Positions 1 through 10,029 of a DNA stretch of 64,000 nucleotides are shown in pieces. The stretch comes from Chlamydiota bacterium. Its GTDB lineage: Bacteria > Chlamydiota > Chlamydiia > Chlamydiales > JACKPQ01. The position numbers were made by a program, and so were the translations under genes. Below the pieces are notes generated by a model. The model was not told the DNA's origin. It made no database searches and saw only the letters and a program-made list of their open reading frames with translations. Positions within the stretch are counted from its first letter, which is position 1. Each line of letters begins with the position of its first letter. Location: contig JAJFLZ010000037.1 of the NCBI GenBank assembly GCA_021772435.1, positions 129,260 to 193,259 of the forward strand. The letters are read 5' to 3'.

Positions 1-2133
1 ACTAAGTTAAGAGAAATTGAAATCTTAAAAAACGGACTGATAGAGCATTTTGTTAATAAGCCACTAAAACCATGCGATGTTCTTATTCTAGCGCCTAATA
101 TCGCAGAGTATGTTCCCTATATCCAAAAAGTTTTTGGGGATCAGTGTCCATTTAATTTTGTCATTCACGATGTACCGAAACTTTTCGATCGGGCTTTTTT
201 GAAAGCATTAGAAGGACTGATGCATCTTGTTAAGAGCCGAACCTCGCCGCAGGATGTTTTGGATTTTTTTGCAAACCCGTGCGTAAAAAAACAGTGTCAG
301 ATTTCAACAGAAGATCTTTTTTTACTTGAGAAATGGGCAAAAGACTGCGGTGTGCACTGGGGTTTAGATCATGAAGATCGAGATCAACTGCTGGCTTTAC
401 CTGAGTTTGAAGACCCTATGCTAGAAAAGTCTGATTTAGGAACATGGCGATACTGTTTTGATGGATTACTTGCAGGCTTAGCTGTCATTGCAAATGAGGA
501 CGAGCCATGCGATCTACATCCACTCGATTTAGTTGAAAATTCTGTTGCAGAAACGCTTGGTAAATGGATTTGCTTGATACAGAGTTTGCAGCAATCATTC
601 GAACCTATGACTCTCACTGATTGGAAAAAAAGATTTTCATCTTTTGCAATGCAATTTATCGACCCGAGCATCGATCCCGGAGGCTATAAACTCTTTGCTG
701 ACGCATTAGAAGGTTTATCATGTCAAAATAGCTATGTATTGCCTTTTGACTCATTTTGGCAGCGCTTAAAAAACAGCTTAGAAACAAAAACGGGAACTGT
801 GCACGGCAATGATTTAAATGCAGTGCCATTTTGCTCAATGAAAACTGGGCGGGCTTGTCCTGCATCGCTAGTTTGGTGTTTAGGACTGCATGATGGAGCT
901 TACCCTAGATTGCCAACTTCAAATCCGCTTGATGAGATGGGCTATAGTGGTGATCCATGCCCTAGCCATGCAGATGAGGACCGGCATTTGTTTTTGGAGC
1001 TTGTGTTATCCGCTCGCGATACCTTCTGCGTGAGCTACCTCTCAAACTCTGACGCTGATGGAAAACCTCAGGGACTATCGATTGTGGCACAAGAGCTTTT
1101 AAATTATGTGCATTTAGACCTGGCCATTTACCACCCTAACCAAGGGTTCAACCCCTGTTATTTTTCAGGTAATTCTGATTTTAACTCATATGATAAAAAC
1201 GCATTTTCCATTGCAGCAATGGATGAGCAAAAAACAGCGCATTTGATTCCTCAATTTTTTACTAAAGCAGAAAAATCTAGAAAAATAATCCCAAAAGATA
1301 CTCATTTGAGTGTTGAAGATATTGCAGCTTTTGCAAGGCATCCTCTTGCTTATTTTATAAAAAAACGGTTAGGTGTTTACCTGGAGTATGAAGAGGAAGA
1401 TGGAGAATTTCAACTTTCTAGTTTGCACCACTTTCTAGCTAAAAAAAGCCTGTTACACGGCGTGAAGGGCGAGGTGATATCAAGTCTTCAAAATTCTGGA
1501 ATGTTGCCACTTGGTCGATTTGGTGAACTTGCGGGAAAACGTCTTCAGATTCATGCTGAAAATTTCAAGCAAAAACTGGAAGAATTTAACGTTAAAAAAT
1601 CAGATCTATTTCAAATACAGCTACATAAAGCAGATGTAAAGCAGTTTTACATTGGCGAAAAAGAAGTGGGTTTACATGCTCTTGAATTAACGTTATCTGA
1701 TGGAACTGGTGTGTCTATTCATGGAAACATAACGGATGTATCACCAGAAGGTTTATGCGTTCAGAGTAGGGCAGACCTTTCCAACCAAGTTAAAATATGG
1801 CCCCTTATGCTCATCTTGGGTGTTTTGGATGTTTGCAAGCCCCAAGCATTGTTTTTGGAGGACGGTAAAAAACTCGAAATTGATCAAACAAAGGCCAAAG
1901 AGGCTTTGCAACGTTACATAGAATATTTCTTAAGAGCTCAAATAGATCCCTCGCCGTTTATTCCTGGATGGGCAAGCGCTTTTTTAACAAAGTGTCCGAA
2001 TGATTTGAAAACTTCCGATCTTGAAGATCCTTATTTTAAATGGGCCATTGGTGATGATGATAGAATCGATAAGGCGGCATTGTTTGTACGTTGGCAAAAA
2101 GATTTGCAATACGTATTTGAGGATTTAATCTGA
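1..2133 (+). CDS. recC: RecBCD (exonuclease V) gamma subunit RecC, C-terminal ~710 codons; the 5' end lies left of the window
   Basis: Frame 1 is open from nt 1; the ORF-track start at 199 is an internal TTG. Stop TGA 2131-2133 overlaps the recB ATG (TGATG). The call rests on length and on the recC-recB-recD operon context. No sharp motif is readable by eye. Confidence 0.75.
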   Translation, partial: TKLREIEILKNGLIEHFVNKPLKPCDVLILAPNIAEYVPYIQKVFGDQCPFNFVIHDVPKLFDRAFLKALEGLMHLVKSRTSPQDVLDFFANPCVKKQCQISTEDLFLLEKWAKDCGVHWGLDHEDRDQLLALPEFEDPMLEKSDLGTWRYCFDGLLAGLAVIANEDEPCDLHPLDLVENSVAETLGKWICLIQSLQQSFEPMTLTDWKKRFSSFAMQFIDPSIDPGGYKLFADALEGLSCQNSYVLPFDSFWQRLKNSLETKTGTVHGNDLNAVPFCSMKTGRACPASLVWCLGLHDGAYPRLPTSNPLDEMGYSGDPCPSHADEDRHLFLELVLSARDTFCVSYLSNSDADGKPQGLSIVAQELLNYVHLDLAIYHPNQGFNPCYFSGNSDFNSYDKNAFSIAAMDEQKTAHLIPQFFTKAEKSRKIIPKDTHLSVEDIAAFARHPLAYFIKKRLGVYLEYEEEDGEFQLSSLHHFLAKKSLLHGVKGEVISSLQNSGMLPLGRFGELAGKRLQIHAENFKQKLEEFNVKKSDLFQIQLHKADVKQFYIGEKEVGLHALELTLSDGTGVSIHGNITDVSPEGLCVQSRADLSNQVKIWPLMLILGVLDVCKPQALFLEDGKKLEIDQTKAKEALQRYIEYFLRAQIDPSPFIPGWASAFLTKCPNDLKTSDLEDPYFKWAIGDDDRIDKAALFVRWQKDLQYVFEDLI
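1634..1652. repeat. Palindromic element copy (ATGTAAAGCAGTTTTACAT), inside recC, read in frame as DVKQFYI
   Basis: 7-bp arms ATGTAAA/TTTACAT with a 5-nt loop. It is the reverse complement of the copy at 17855-17873. Confidence 0.9.
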
Positions 2134-5100
2134 TGGAAAATTACAACTGCTTAGATCAAAACCTAAATCTTTGGGGACATCATTTTCTAGAAGCATCCGC
2201 AGGTACTGGAAAAACCTTTACGATTGAGCATATTGTTCTGCGACTCCTACTTGAAAAAGACCCTATCGATATCGATCAAATCTTGATTGTCACGTTTACA
2301 AGAGCTGCTACAAGAGAGCTGAAACAACGCATTCAAAATCGACTAAGAGAAGGGCTTAGAGCATTAGAGCAGGGTGAAATTAAATATCCGTATTTAGATC
2401 TTTGCGAAAAAGACAAGGCGTATGCGATCGAGCGTTTAAATTTAGCACTTAGCTGCTTTGACAAAGCTCAGATTTATACCATTCATAGCTTTTGTCATCG
2501 CACTTTGCTTGAAGAGGGTTTTGAAGCGGGAGTTTCGCTTGATCTATCAAACCCAGATGATTTAGGGACCTTTGCATTTCGCGAGTCGCAAATAAAAGAT
2601 TTTTTGCGAACAGGAATAAAGCCTGAGTTGTTTGCCCCCAGCCAAATTGAAAGAGTACTCCAGGCATGTGGAGGTAAAATCCAGAGATTAATTGCACGAA
2701 TTTCTCAACTGGACGATGAAGCTCAGCCTATTGCTCTACCAGTACAAGAGACGCTTAAGCAATTTAATTTAGCTTTAAATATGCTGCCTGAAAAAGCAGA
2801 GTGTGTGTTTGACGAACTTTGCCTTATCACAGGTCAATTTAAAGGAGTTTGTGATCGCAGTGGAGCATTTATATCATCAATTGAGCTACAAATTAAGCTT
2901 TTAGCTGAGATCATCGAATCGCAGAAGATCACATTGGATCAAATGGATGTGCTTTTGGGATCTAGTCCTAACTTGATCTTGCAATTGAACCTGGACAATC
3001 GAAAAAAAAGAGATTTTGAAAAGGTTTTACCTTTGTACCATGCTTGGATTCTTGCAAATATTTATCCTTTAATTGACGAGGCAATCAATCCAGATCATAT
3101 TCTTAGACATATGGGTGTGCTTTGCAAAAAACGCCTTGAAGTTGCCAAAGAAGTACATGGAGTCATCTTTCCCGATGATCTATTGCAGCAGATGCACTGT
3201 GCTTTAGAAAACCCTTTAGTTGCAGAAAAAATCAGGCAAAAATACAAAGCAGCTATTGTCGATGAATTTCAAGATACAGACTCTATTCAATGGTCGATTT
3301 TTCAAAAGTTGTTCATGTTTCCCAGTAGTGAAATTCCAGCATTTTATCTGGTTGGAGATCCAAAACAGTCCATTTATGCCTTTCGAAAAGCGGATCTTTA
3401 CACCTATTTAAAAGCGCAAGAAAAACTGGGTTTACAAAGCAGAAAAATGCTCAATACGAATTATCGAAGCTCAAAAGAGCTCATCGATGGGCTCAATACT
3501 TTGTTTGCACATGAAAAAGCCGGCAGCTGGTTACAACTTCCCTCTAAAGAGGCTTGTATTCATTATCAGCCGGTTTTATCAAGCCAAGAAACTGAGCCGC
3601 TTGGTGACGATAAAAAAGCTGTGCATATTTTAAAAATCGATGATCCTAAGGCACGTAGCGTACCTTCAAAGGATCTCGAAGAGCGAATACTTTTTCCATA
3701 CATTGCATCTGAGATCAAAGCGTTGGGCTTGGGATTTTCATCTTTTGCCATTTTGATCAAAGACCGCTATCAATCGATGCGCCTCCAGAAATATTTTAAG
3801 CGCATTGGCATTCCTGCAATCACACAAAGTGGTATTTCCGTATGCGCATCTAAGGTTTATTTATTTTTGAATGCTCTTTTAGAAGCGGTCATTAGACCGA
3901 GTAACCTTGGAGCCATTAAAAAGCTTTTATCAGCTCCTATTGTCGCTTGGAATTATCTAGATCTTTTGCCGGAAAATCATGGTCAACGCATTGTTGACAT
4001 CTCTTCAGAGCTTCATAAGTTTAAAGAGATCTGGGAAACGCAAGGGTTTGCAGCGTTTATCAATGCAGCGCAAGCTTACTCATTTGGTCACGACATGAAT
4101 TTGATTCAGCTGCTTGCAGTTGAGAAAGAAAATTATGTCGATTTCACTCACCTGATCGAACTGCTACTGGAAGAAGAAGGTAAAAGACCTCATTCGATGC
4201 GTGATTTGCATCAGGTATTTAAACGTTTTAAACAGATCAATCCAGATCACCATCCTCATATGCGACAGCGCAAAGTCTTTGATGAGAGTGCTGTCACCAT
4301 CATGACAACGCATATGAGTAAAGGACTTGAATTTGATGTCGTATTTGCATTGGGAATGGGGTGTCGACATAGTGGGCTTGCAGATCTTGAACTCGAAGCA
4401 GAAAAACTAAGACTATTTTACGTTGCGCTAACAAGAGCCAAAAGACGTGTTTATTTGCCAGTCATTAGCACATCAGGAAAGCCATCTCTGCCGTTTTGTG
4501 CGTCTCCTGCTGAAAAGTTTTTTGAGGGTTTTGAGGATTTAGAAGAGTTAACCTCGTCTAGTATAAGCGTTGAGGAACTTAATGAGACAATTCAAAGTCC
4601 CAGCTTTACATGTATAGAGAAACCCCAACTGGCTCCTCCAAAAGCGCATGGACTTCATTTTGCGAGACGCTCAATTTCGTCTTATTCTGGGCTCGTTACA
4701 TCTGAATTTGATTTCAATGCTCCAAGACAATCGAAAGATTTTACAGAATTCAATTTACATACCCTGCCAGCAGGAGCTGACACAGGAGTGCTTTTGCATC
4801 ATCTTCTGGAAAAAACCATCGAGATGGGGCTATACCGCGATAGTGAAATCACACGCATTCAAAAATTCGTGCAAAACCAATTGAAGTGCTCTAGTCTACG
4901 ACAGTGGGATGTGGTCATAGCAAAAATTATTTTTGGGATCATGCAAACTCCCATCGACGGTTTTTCCCTAAAAGATGTGCCAGAAAACGCCATCACTCAA
5001 GAGATGGAATTCTTACTTCCGATGGATACTGATTTAATGATTAAAGGATTTGTCGATTTGATTTTTCAATATGAAAACAAAACCTATATTATCGATTGGA

Positions 5101-5336
5101 AGTCAAATTGGCTTGGAGAATCAGCAGATGACTATACAGCAAAGAATTTAAGTAATGCGATGGAACACCATGAATACACCTTACAAGCGCGTATTTATGG
5201 AGCAGCACTTGTAAAATGGTTACAAAAATATGAGAGCCGGCCTGCTAGCAGTTTTTACGGCGGAGCTTATTACGTATTTTTAAGGGGAATTGAAAACGAG
5301 GAAACCCATGGTATCTACCACTATCGAAATATCTGA
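2133..5336 (+). CDS. recB: RecBCD helicase/nuclease beta subunit RecB
   Basis: 1067 aa. UvrD-type helicase motifs: EASAGTGKTFT (Walker A), AAIVDEFQDTD, YLVGDPKQSIYAFRKAD, LNTNYRS, TTHMSKGLEFDVV, LFYVALTRAKRRVYL. C-terminal PD-(D/E)XK nuclease motif: IKGFVDLIFQYENKTYIIDWKSN. Confidence 0.93.
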   Translation: MENYNCLDQNLNLWGHHFLEASAGTGKTFTIEHIVLRLLLEKDPIDIDQILIVTFTRAATRELKQRIQNRLREGLRALEQGEIKYPYLDLCEKDKAYAIERLNLALSCFDKAQIYTIHSFCHRTLLEEGFEAGVSLDLSNPDDLGTFAFRESQIKDFLRTGIKPELFAPSQIERVLQACGGKIQRLIARISQLDDEAQPIALPVQETLKQFNLALNMLPEKAECVFDELCLITGQFKGVCDRSGAFISSIELQIKLLAEIIESQKITLDQMDVLLGSSPNLILQLNLDNRKKRDFEKVLPLYHAWILANIYPLIDEAINPDHILRHMGVLCKKRLEVAKEVHGVIFPDDLLQQMHCALENPLVAEKIRQKYKAAIVDEFQDTDSIQWSIFQKLFMFPSSEIPAFYLVGDPKQSIYAFRKADLYTYLKAQEKLGLQSRKMLNTNYRSSKELIDGLNTLFAHEKAGSWLQLPSKEACIHYQPVLSSQETEPLGDDKKAVHILKIDDPKARSVPSKDLEERILFPYIASEIKALGLGFSSFAILIKDRYQSMRLQKYFKRIGIPAITQSGISVCASKVYLFLNALLEAVIRPSNLGAIKKLLSAPIVAWNYLDLLPENHGQRIVDISSELHKFKEIWETQGFAAFINAAQAYSFGHDMNLIQLLAVEKENYVDFTHLIELLLEEEGKRPHSMRDLHQVFKRFKQINPDHHPHMRQRKVFDESAVTIMTTHMSKGLEFDVVFALGMGCRHSGLADLELEAEKLRLFYVALTRAKRRVYLPVISTSGKPSLPFCASPAEKFFEGFEDLEELTSSSISVEELNETIQSPSFTCIEKPQLAPPKAHGLHFARRSISSYSGLVTSEFDFNAPRQSKDFTEFNLHTLPAGADTGVLLHHLLEKTIEMGLYRDSEITRIQKFVQNQLKCSSLRQWDVVIAKIIFGIMQTPIDGFSLKDVPENAITQEMEFLLPMDTDLMIKGFVDLIFQYENKTYIIDWKSNWLGESADDYTAKNLSNAMEHHEYTLQARIYGAALVKWLQKYESRPASSFYGGAYYVFLRGIENEETHGIYHYRNI

Positions 5337-6795
5337 AGTTGATCAGGCATTTGCTGAAATGATCATGAGGCGCTATGACCTAAATGACAGCTGGCTACGA
5401 AGTTTTTTAGCTGAGATGATGGCAAAAACGCGTCATGGCCACATATGTATAGACATATCTCAAGAAACTATTGCGCGGTTACCTGATTGTTTACTTGCAA
5501 AAGGTGACCTAGCTGATCGTTTGCTCAAAGTAAGAGGACCTCATCTATATTTCCATCGCTATTGGCATCTAGAAACAAAGCTCCTCTTGCCAATAGCCAG
5601 AAGACTAAAGCAATGTACCAAGATGGAAAGCGCTGCAATTGAAGGCCTGAATCAAATGCAGTGTCATGCAGTTTCAAGCGCTCTTACTCACGCGCTCACT
5701 TTGATATCAGGTGGGCCTGGTACGGGAAAAACACACACGATTTCCCACATTGTCAAACAGTTTTCAGGTAAGCGGATAGCGCTTACAGCACCCACTGGAA
5801 AAGCTGTTAGCAAGTTAAGTGAAAGTATTGTAAACCCAGAATTTTTCTTTGGAACGCTTCATAAGCTCCTTGGAATTAAGCGTGCTAAAGATGTACTGAA
5901 AACGCCCTCTTTACTTCCATATGATGTTGTCATTGTCGATGAATGCTCCATGGTTGATATTGGTATGTGGGGAACGCTTTTCGAAGCTTGCTCTTCTGAG
6001 ACTAAATTGATTTTGGTTGGGGATGCAAACCAACTGCCTCCGGTTGAAGGGGGAAACATTTTTCAGCAATTATGCGCTTTTTTCAAAAAAACAAAACAGA
6101 CAGGCTATAGCGAACTCACAACCTGTATGCGAACAGATAAGAAAGATTTGCAAGCTATAGCAAGCCTAATACTCAAAGGCTCATTTGAAGACCTTCCACG
6201 CATAGATATTCCTCCCGTACGGGAGCTAGTTAATATTGTAAACCCAGTGTTTACTCGTAAACTAGACGACCACATATCAACTGAGCTGCTGCTTATGGAA
6301 GCAAAAAAGTTCCAGATTTTGAATGCACTTAGAAGAGGACAGCTAGGGTGTGATGCGCTAAATCGTGCACTATTTCAGATCATCAAAGGCAATATACAAA
6401 AGAATGATCGCTTAGCAATTCCCATTATTGTAACCCGTAATGCTCCTGATTTAGGTCTTAGTAATGGAGATATGGGTATTTGGATTCATGGACCAGAAGA
6501 ACAGGTCCTATTTAAGGATCAGATTATACCGAAGGCACTGGCGCCACCCTTTGAGCTTGCTTATATTTTATCTGTCCATAAGAGCCAGGGTAGTGAGTAT
6601 GAGGATGTTTATCTGCTGCTACCTCCGGGATCTGAGCATTTTGGTCGAAGTGTGTTATACACTGCTGTCACTCGGGCTCAAAGCCAATTGACAATTGCAG
6701 GAAGCTGTGAGACTGTGCAATTGTGCGCTCAAAATAATGTGATGCGCCTTGCTGGTTTATCTGAAAGACTAGGAGAAATACTATGCGTAGATTAA
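5308..6795 (+). CDS. recD: RecBCD alpha subunit RecD (SF1 helicase)
   Basis: Motifs ISGGPGTGKTHT (Walker A), DVVIVDECSMVD (Walker B), LILVGDANQLPPVEGG, SVHKSQGSEYEDV, LYTAVTRA. I prefer ATG 5308 (GAGGA 5 nt upstream) over the ORF-track TTG at 5290. Either start overlaps the recB 3' end. Confidence 0.9.
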   Translation: MVSTTIEISEVDQAFAEMIMRRYDLNDSWLRSFLAEMMAKTRHGHICIDISQETIARLPDCLLAKGDLADRLLKVRGPHLYFHRYWHLETKLLLPIARRLKQCTKMESAAIEGLNQMQCHAVSSALTHALTLISGGPGTGKTHTISHIVKQFSGKRIALTAPTGKAVSKLSESIVNPEFFFGTLHKLLGIKRAKDVLKTPSLLPYDVVIVDECSMVDIGMWGTLFEACSSETKLILVGDANQLPPVEGGNIFQQLCAFFKKTKQTGYSELTTCMRTDKKDLQAIASLILKGSFEDLPRIDIPPVRELVNIVNPVFTRKLDDHISTELLLMEAKKFQILNALRRGQLGCDALNRALFQIIKGNIQKNDRLAIPIIVTRNAPDLGLSNGDMGIWIHGPEEQVLFKDQIIPKALAPPFELAYILSVHKSQGSEYEDVYLLLPPGSEHFGRSVLYTAVTRAQSQLTIAGSCETVQLCAQNNVMRLAGLSERLGEILCVD

Positions 6796-8231
6796 CGAAT
6801 CTTTTGTGTTTAATTACATTTTTATACATTCCCTTATTCGCTGGCACTCGAGATAAGCTTACGATTTTAAAAAATGATATCGAACGCATTATTCACCATG
6901 CTGAAAAAGGCGCAGTTGTAGGTATTGATGTTGTTTCTGTCAAAACAAATGAGCGGATCTACAGCAAAAATCATAAACAACGATTTATCCCTGCCAGCTT
7001 GATTAAAATTTTAACCCTAGGTGCTGCGCTCGATATTCTAGGTATTGACTATGCCTATAAAACGGGCATTTATACCGATGGGAAAATAGAAGATGGCATT
7101 TTGCATGGCAATTTGTACCTGAAAGGGAGCGGAGACCCTAGTTTAGTGACCAATGATTTAGAGCACTTGGTTAAAAATTTACATATGATTGGTATTGAAG
7201 AAGTGAAGGGGTCACTTGTTGTCGATGCTTCTGCTTTTGATTCAACAGCGCTGGCTCCGGGATGGATGGTTGAAGATACGACATTTGTTTCATCAGCCGT
7301 TCCAAGCGCGCTTTCAATCAATCAAAGCTGTTTTGACATCTGGATCAGACCGGCTAATGCTGAATCAGCACCTGCTGTTGTTTTAAGCGATCTGCCTAAC
7401 GTTGAATTGCCATTCCTTATTGATAACCAGACATTGACGCTTTCAAATATTCAAGATAGTAAGCAATTAGAAATTACGACTGACAACAAAGGCAAACAAG
7501 CTGTTATCCGAATAGCCGGAAATTTGAATTTGCAAAGCGCGCCACAGCTGCGGCGCGTTCCAATAAAAGATCCGGCGATCATGGCTGGATCGATTATAAA
7601 AGAGTTTTTTAAAAGACATCAAATGACTTTCCGCGGAGCCGTGCAAGAAGGCATGACACCTGTCAATGCCTTGGTTCTTGCAGAGCACTCCTCAGACTCA
7701 CTGCTATCGATCGGTCAAAAAATGTGCAAGGAATCGGATAATTTTTTTGCACATTGCTTATTTAAGACTTTAGGCAAAGAAGTTCAAGGTCCTCCAGGTT
7801 CATGGCAGTCTGGAAGCCAGGCTTTGCGAGAGTTTTTAGCAAATAAGGTGCGACTAGAACCATCTGACATGGTTCTTTTAGATGGAAGTGGTTTATCGAG
7901 ATACAATTTAATGACACCCGCGCAAATTGTCGAATTTTTATCTTGGGCTCATCACAATGTCTCAATTGGCTCAGAGTTTAAAACGACATTTTCCATGGCA
8001 GGCATTGATGGGACATTAAAAAACCGTCTGCAGCCATTGCAGGGAAAACTGCGTGCTAAAACAGGTACGATGACAGGTGTTAGCAATCTTTGTGGATATG
8101 TTTTCACAAAAGACGGCGAAGAGTTGGCTTTTACGATTATGGTTAACGGATCGACAAAAGAATCTAAAGAAATATATAAGCAACTTATTGACCCCATTTG
8201 CATGGAACTTGCCAATTTTACAAGGCGTTAG
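6783..8231 (+). CDS. dacB: D-alanyl-D-alanine carboxypeptidase/endopeptidase, PBP4 (peptidase S13) family
   Basis: Hydrophobic N-terminus LLCLITFLYIPLFAG. Penicillin-binding triad: PASLIKILT (SxxK), KESDNFF (SxN), RAKTGTMTG (KTG). AGGAG lies 7 nt upstream of the ATG. The start overlaps the recD end by 13 nt. Confidence 0.8.
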   Translation: MRRLTNLLCLITFLYIPLFAGTRDKLTILKNDIERIIHHAEKGAVVGIDVVSVKTNERIYSKNHKQRFIPASLIKILTLGAALDILGIDYAYKTGIYTDGKIEDGILHGNLYLKGSGDPSLVTNDLEHLVKNLHMIGIEEVKGSLVVDASAFDSTALAPGWMVEDTTFVSSAVPSALSINQSCFDIWIRPANAESAPAVVLSDLPNVELPFLIDNQTLTLSNIQDSKQLEITTDNKGKQAVIRIAGNLNLQSAPQLRRVPIKDPAIMAGSIIKEFFKRHQMTFRGAVQEGMTPVNALVLAEHSSDSLLSIGQKMCKESDNFFAHCLFKTLGKEVQGPPGSWQSGSQALREFLANKVRLEPSDMVLLDGSGLSRYNLMTPAQIVEFLSWAHHNVSIGSEFKTTFSMAGIDGTLKNRLQPLQGKLRAKTGTMTGVSNLCGYVFTKDGEELAFTIMVNGSTKESKEIYKQLIDPICMELANFTRR

Positions 8232-9001
8232 TTTTTTGTATTAAGCAGCATTTGCTCTAGAATGTATTTTTTTCCCCAAAGGTGGACGTAATGGACGATA
8301 ACAGTAGATGGGTCTTGCGCATGGCGTAGCCTAGCGTTGTATCCCATCCGCATGCGATGAACTGGGAGACGGTGACGATGGATAATGCGAGATAGAGCGT
8401 CTTGATCTCCTAAATAATTTGTATGGTGTGAAAGAACCTCGTCTTTCCATAAGTCAATAATTTTACAGCCCTGTTTGTACCCAATCACGCCGCTGTTGTA
8501 GACGATTTCTCCAGGCAGCAAATAACCTTTAGATTCTAGCAAACTTTGATAATCAGGCATCTCTGGCACAATTGTAAAGCCAGTCGAATTGTCAATAAAA
8601 CTAAATATGTCATCTAACTTACCTTGGATCTGACAATCTAGATCAATCCAGATTGTCTTTTCAAAAGGTGTATGGGCTAAGCCAAAAGGCTTTAGCATCC
8701 AGATGGGATGAATGTTTTGAAGTTTTCCAGAGTAAAGCTCTTGCCAGGAGGTTTCTTTTTTAGGGCAAAGGGTTTTGTTAAATAGTTTTAGTAGAGAGGT
8801 CTTGTCAAAGTCAAGTACTGTACCGATCTGTTTGGCTTTTGTTAAGCCGTTTTTCGATAGTCCAAAGTCGCAGATAGCAATCGGGTAATCACAATATTTT
8901 TTGTAATGTGCATACCACCAGCCTAACATCCACTCTTGTGTTTTATCTGCACCAATGATGACTCCTTGAGAAGCGATAAGATGAGAATTCCACATAACCA
9001 T
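8228..9001 (-). CDS. Putative glycosyltransferase, GT8-like (nucleotide-diphospho-sugar transferase fold)
   Basis: 257 aa with IWIDLDCQI (DxD), NSGVIGY, GDQDALS and a late HYVH..GKK motif. This order matches GT8 enzymes. The stop codon overlaps the dacB stop on the opposite strand. Confidence 0.45.
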   Translation of the reverse strand: MVMWNSHLIASQGVIIGADKTQEWMLGWWYAHYKKYCDYPIAICDFGLSKNGLTKAKQIGTVLDFDKTSLLKLFNKTLCPKKETSWQELYSGKLQNIHPIWMLKPFGLAHTPFEKTIWIDLDCQIQGKLDDIFSFIDNSTGFTIVPEMPDYQSLLESKGYLLPGEIVYNSGVIGYKQGCKIIDLWKDEVLSHHTNYLGDQDALSRIIHRHRLPVHRMRMGYNARLRHAQDPSTVIVHYVHLWGKKYILEQMLLNTKN

Positions 9002-9118
9002 TATTTTTTTAATACTGAAAAAATAATTATATGGAAAGAGTTCAGGTTATTTATACCGAAGTAGATTTAAAGACAGAAGTTAATCAAAGGAGCTCTTCAA
9101 ATTTTTTAATTGAAACAA

Positions 9119-9143
9119 GGGACGTTATCCATAGATAAGTCCC
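9119..9143 (-). terminator. Candidate hairpin terminator downstream of rpsT
   Basis: GGGACGTTATC-CATA-GATAAGTCCC is an imperfect 10-bp stem with one bulge. It lies 46 nt past the rpsT stop and is followed on the minus strand by the T-rich TTGTTTCAATT. There is no clean U-tract. Confidence 0.35.
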
Positions 9144-9188
9144 GTAGTGAAGACGGAAAATTTGTACGAGAGTCTACGCTGTTAAAAA

Positions 9189-9494
9189 TTACTTGGCTGT
9201 AGCAGCAGTCTTCTTTGTGAATCGAGCTTTAACGCGGGCAGCCTTATTTTTTTTGAAAATACCTTTTTTGACACCCTTGTCCATTAAGCTATAAATCGAC
9301 TTCAGAGCAGCAATGCCTTCTTCTGCACCCTTGGCTAGAGCGGCTTCGAAACCGTTAACCGTTGTACGTACATTAGATTTAAACGCGCGGTTTTGGTTGC
9401 GTTTACGAATATTTTGCATGTCTCTTTTTAAAGCAGTCGGGCGTTTTTGGACTTTTTTGTCTTTTTCGCCATTTCCTTTTTTTTCATTTGCCAT
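9189..9494 (-). CDS. rpsT: 30S ribosomal protein S20
   Basis: 101-aa basic protein. KRPTALKRDMQNIRKRNQNRAFKSNVRT..A is typical of the S20 N-terminal region. Confidence 0.93.
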   Translation of the reverse strand: MANEKKGNGEKDKKVQKRPTALKRDMQNIRKRNQNRAFKSNVRTTVNGFEAALAKGAEEGIAALKSIYSLMDKGVKKGIFKKNKAARVKARFTKKTAATAK

Positions 9495-9555
9495 TATTCA
9501 ATAGCCCTTGTTTTAATCGGTTTATGTGCTCTTAGTGTAGCAGCAAAATGGAATT

Positions 9556-10029
9556 ATGTCGATAGCAAAGATAAAAATTGAAAAGGGATTGATCGTATGG
9601 GCTCTGCTTTTAGGTGTGAGCTTCGGAATGGTCTGTTGGTATGGCTGTCAATTTCTTAAACAATTTTATATATACAAAACCCTGACTGCCGAAACACCTG
9701 CTCAAGTAACAGCATGGGGTATCGATAAGGTCAAAGAGGGTGAATTCATTGTATATGCTAAATACACTTATTGGTTGAACGAGCAAGCTTTTACTGGGAC
9801 GACAGCATTTAAAAAAATAACTTTTACTAATCAATTGGCTGCAAAAGAGCATCTGCAGAATTGGAAAGCCGACAACTGGATTACTTATTATAACCCTAAG
9901 AAGCCGTCAATATCTACGCTCCAAAGACCCTTTCCATTAAAAATATTACTACACATGCTGATTGGTATTGCCGTATCGATTTATTTTCTGTACTTGAAGC
10001 GGTATCTAGCTGCGTTTCGCGTTGCGTAG
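9556..10029 (+). CDS. Hypothetical membrane protein (TM, ~100-aa soluble domain, TM; DUF3592-like topology)
   Basis: 157 aa. N-terminal TM segment LIVWALLLGVSFGMVCWYG and C-terminal TM segment ILLHMLIGIAVSIYFLYL. No catalytic motif. Confidence 0.5.
   Translation: MSIAKIKIEKGLIVWALLLGVSFGMVCWYGCQFLKQFYIYKTLTAETPAQVTAWGIDKVKEGEFIVYAKYTYWLNEQAFTGTTAFKKITFTNQLAAKEHLQNWKADNWITYYNPKKPSISTLQRPFPLKILLHMLIGIAVSIYFLYLKRYLAAFRVA

Noticed and set aside
9313-9504. 63-aa ORF antisense to rpsT. Similar antisense ORFs lie in the ABC permease (16117-16641).
   Set aside because: They are nested opposite well-supported genes, with no translation signals.
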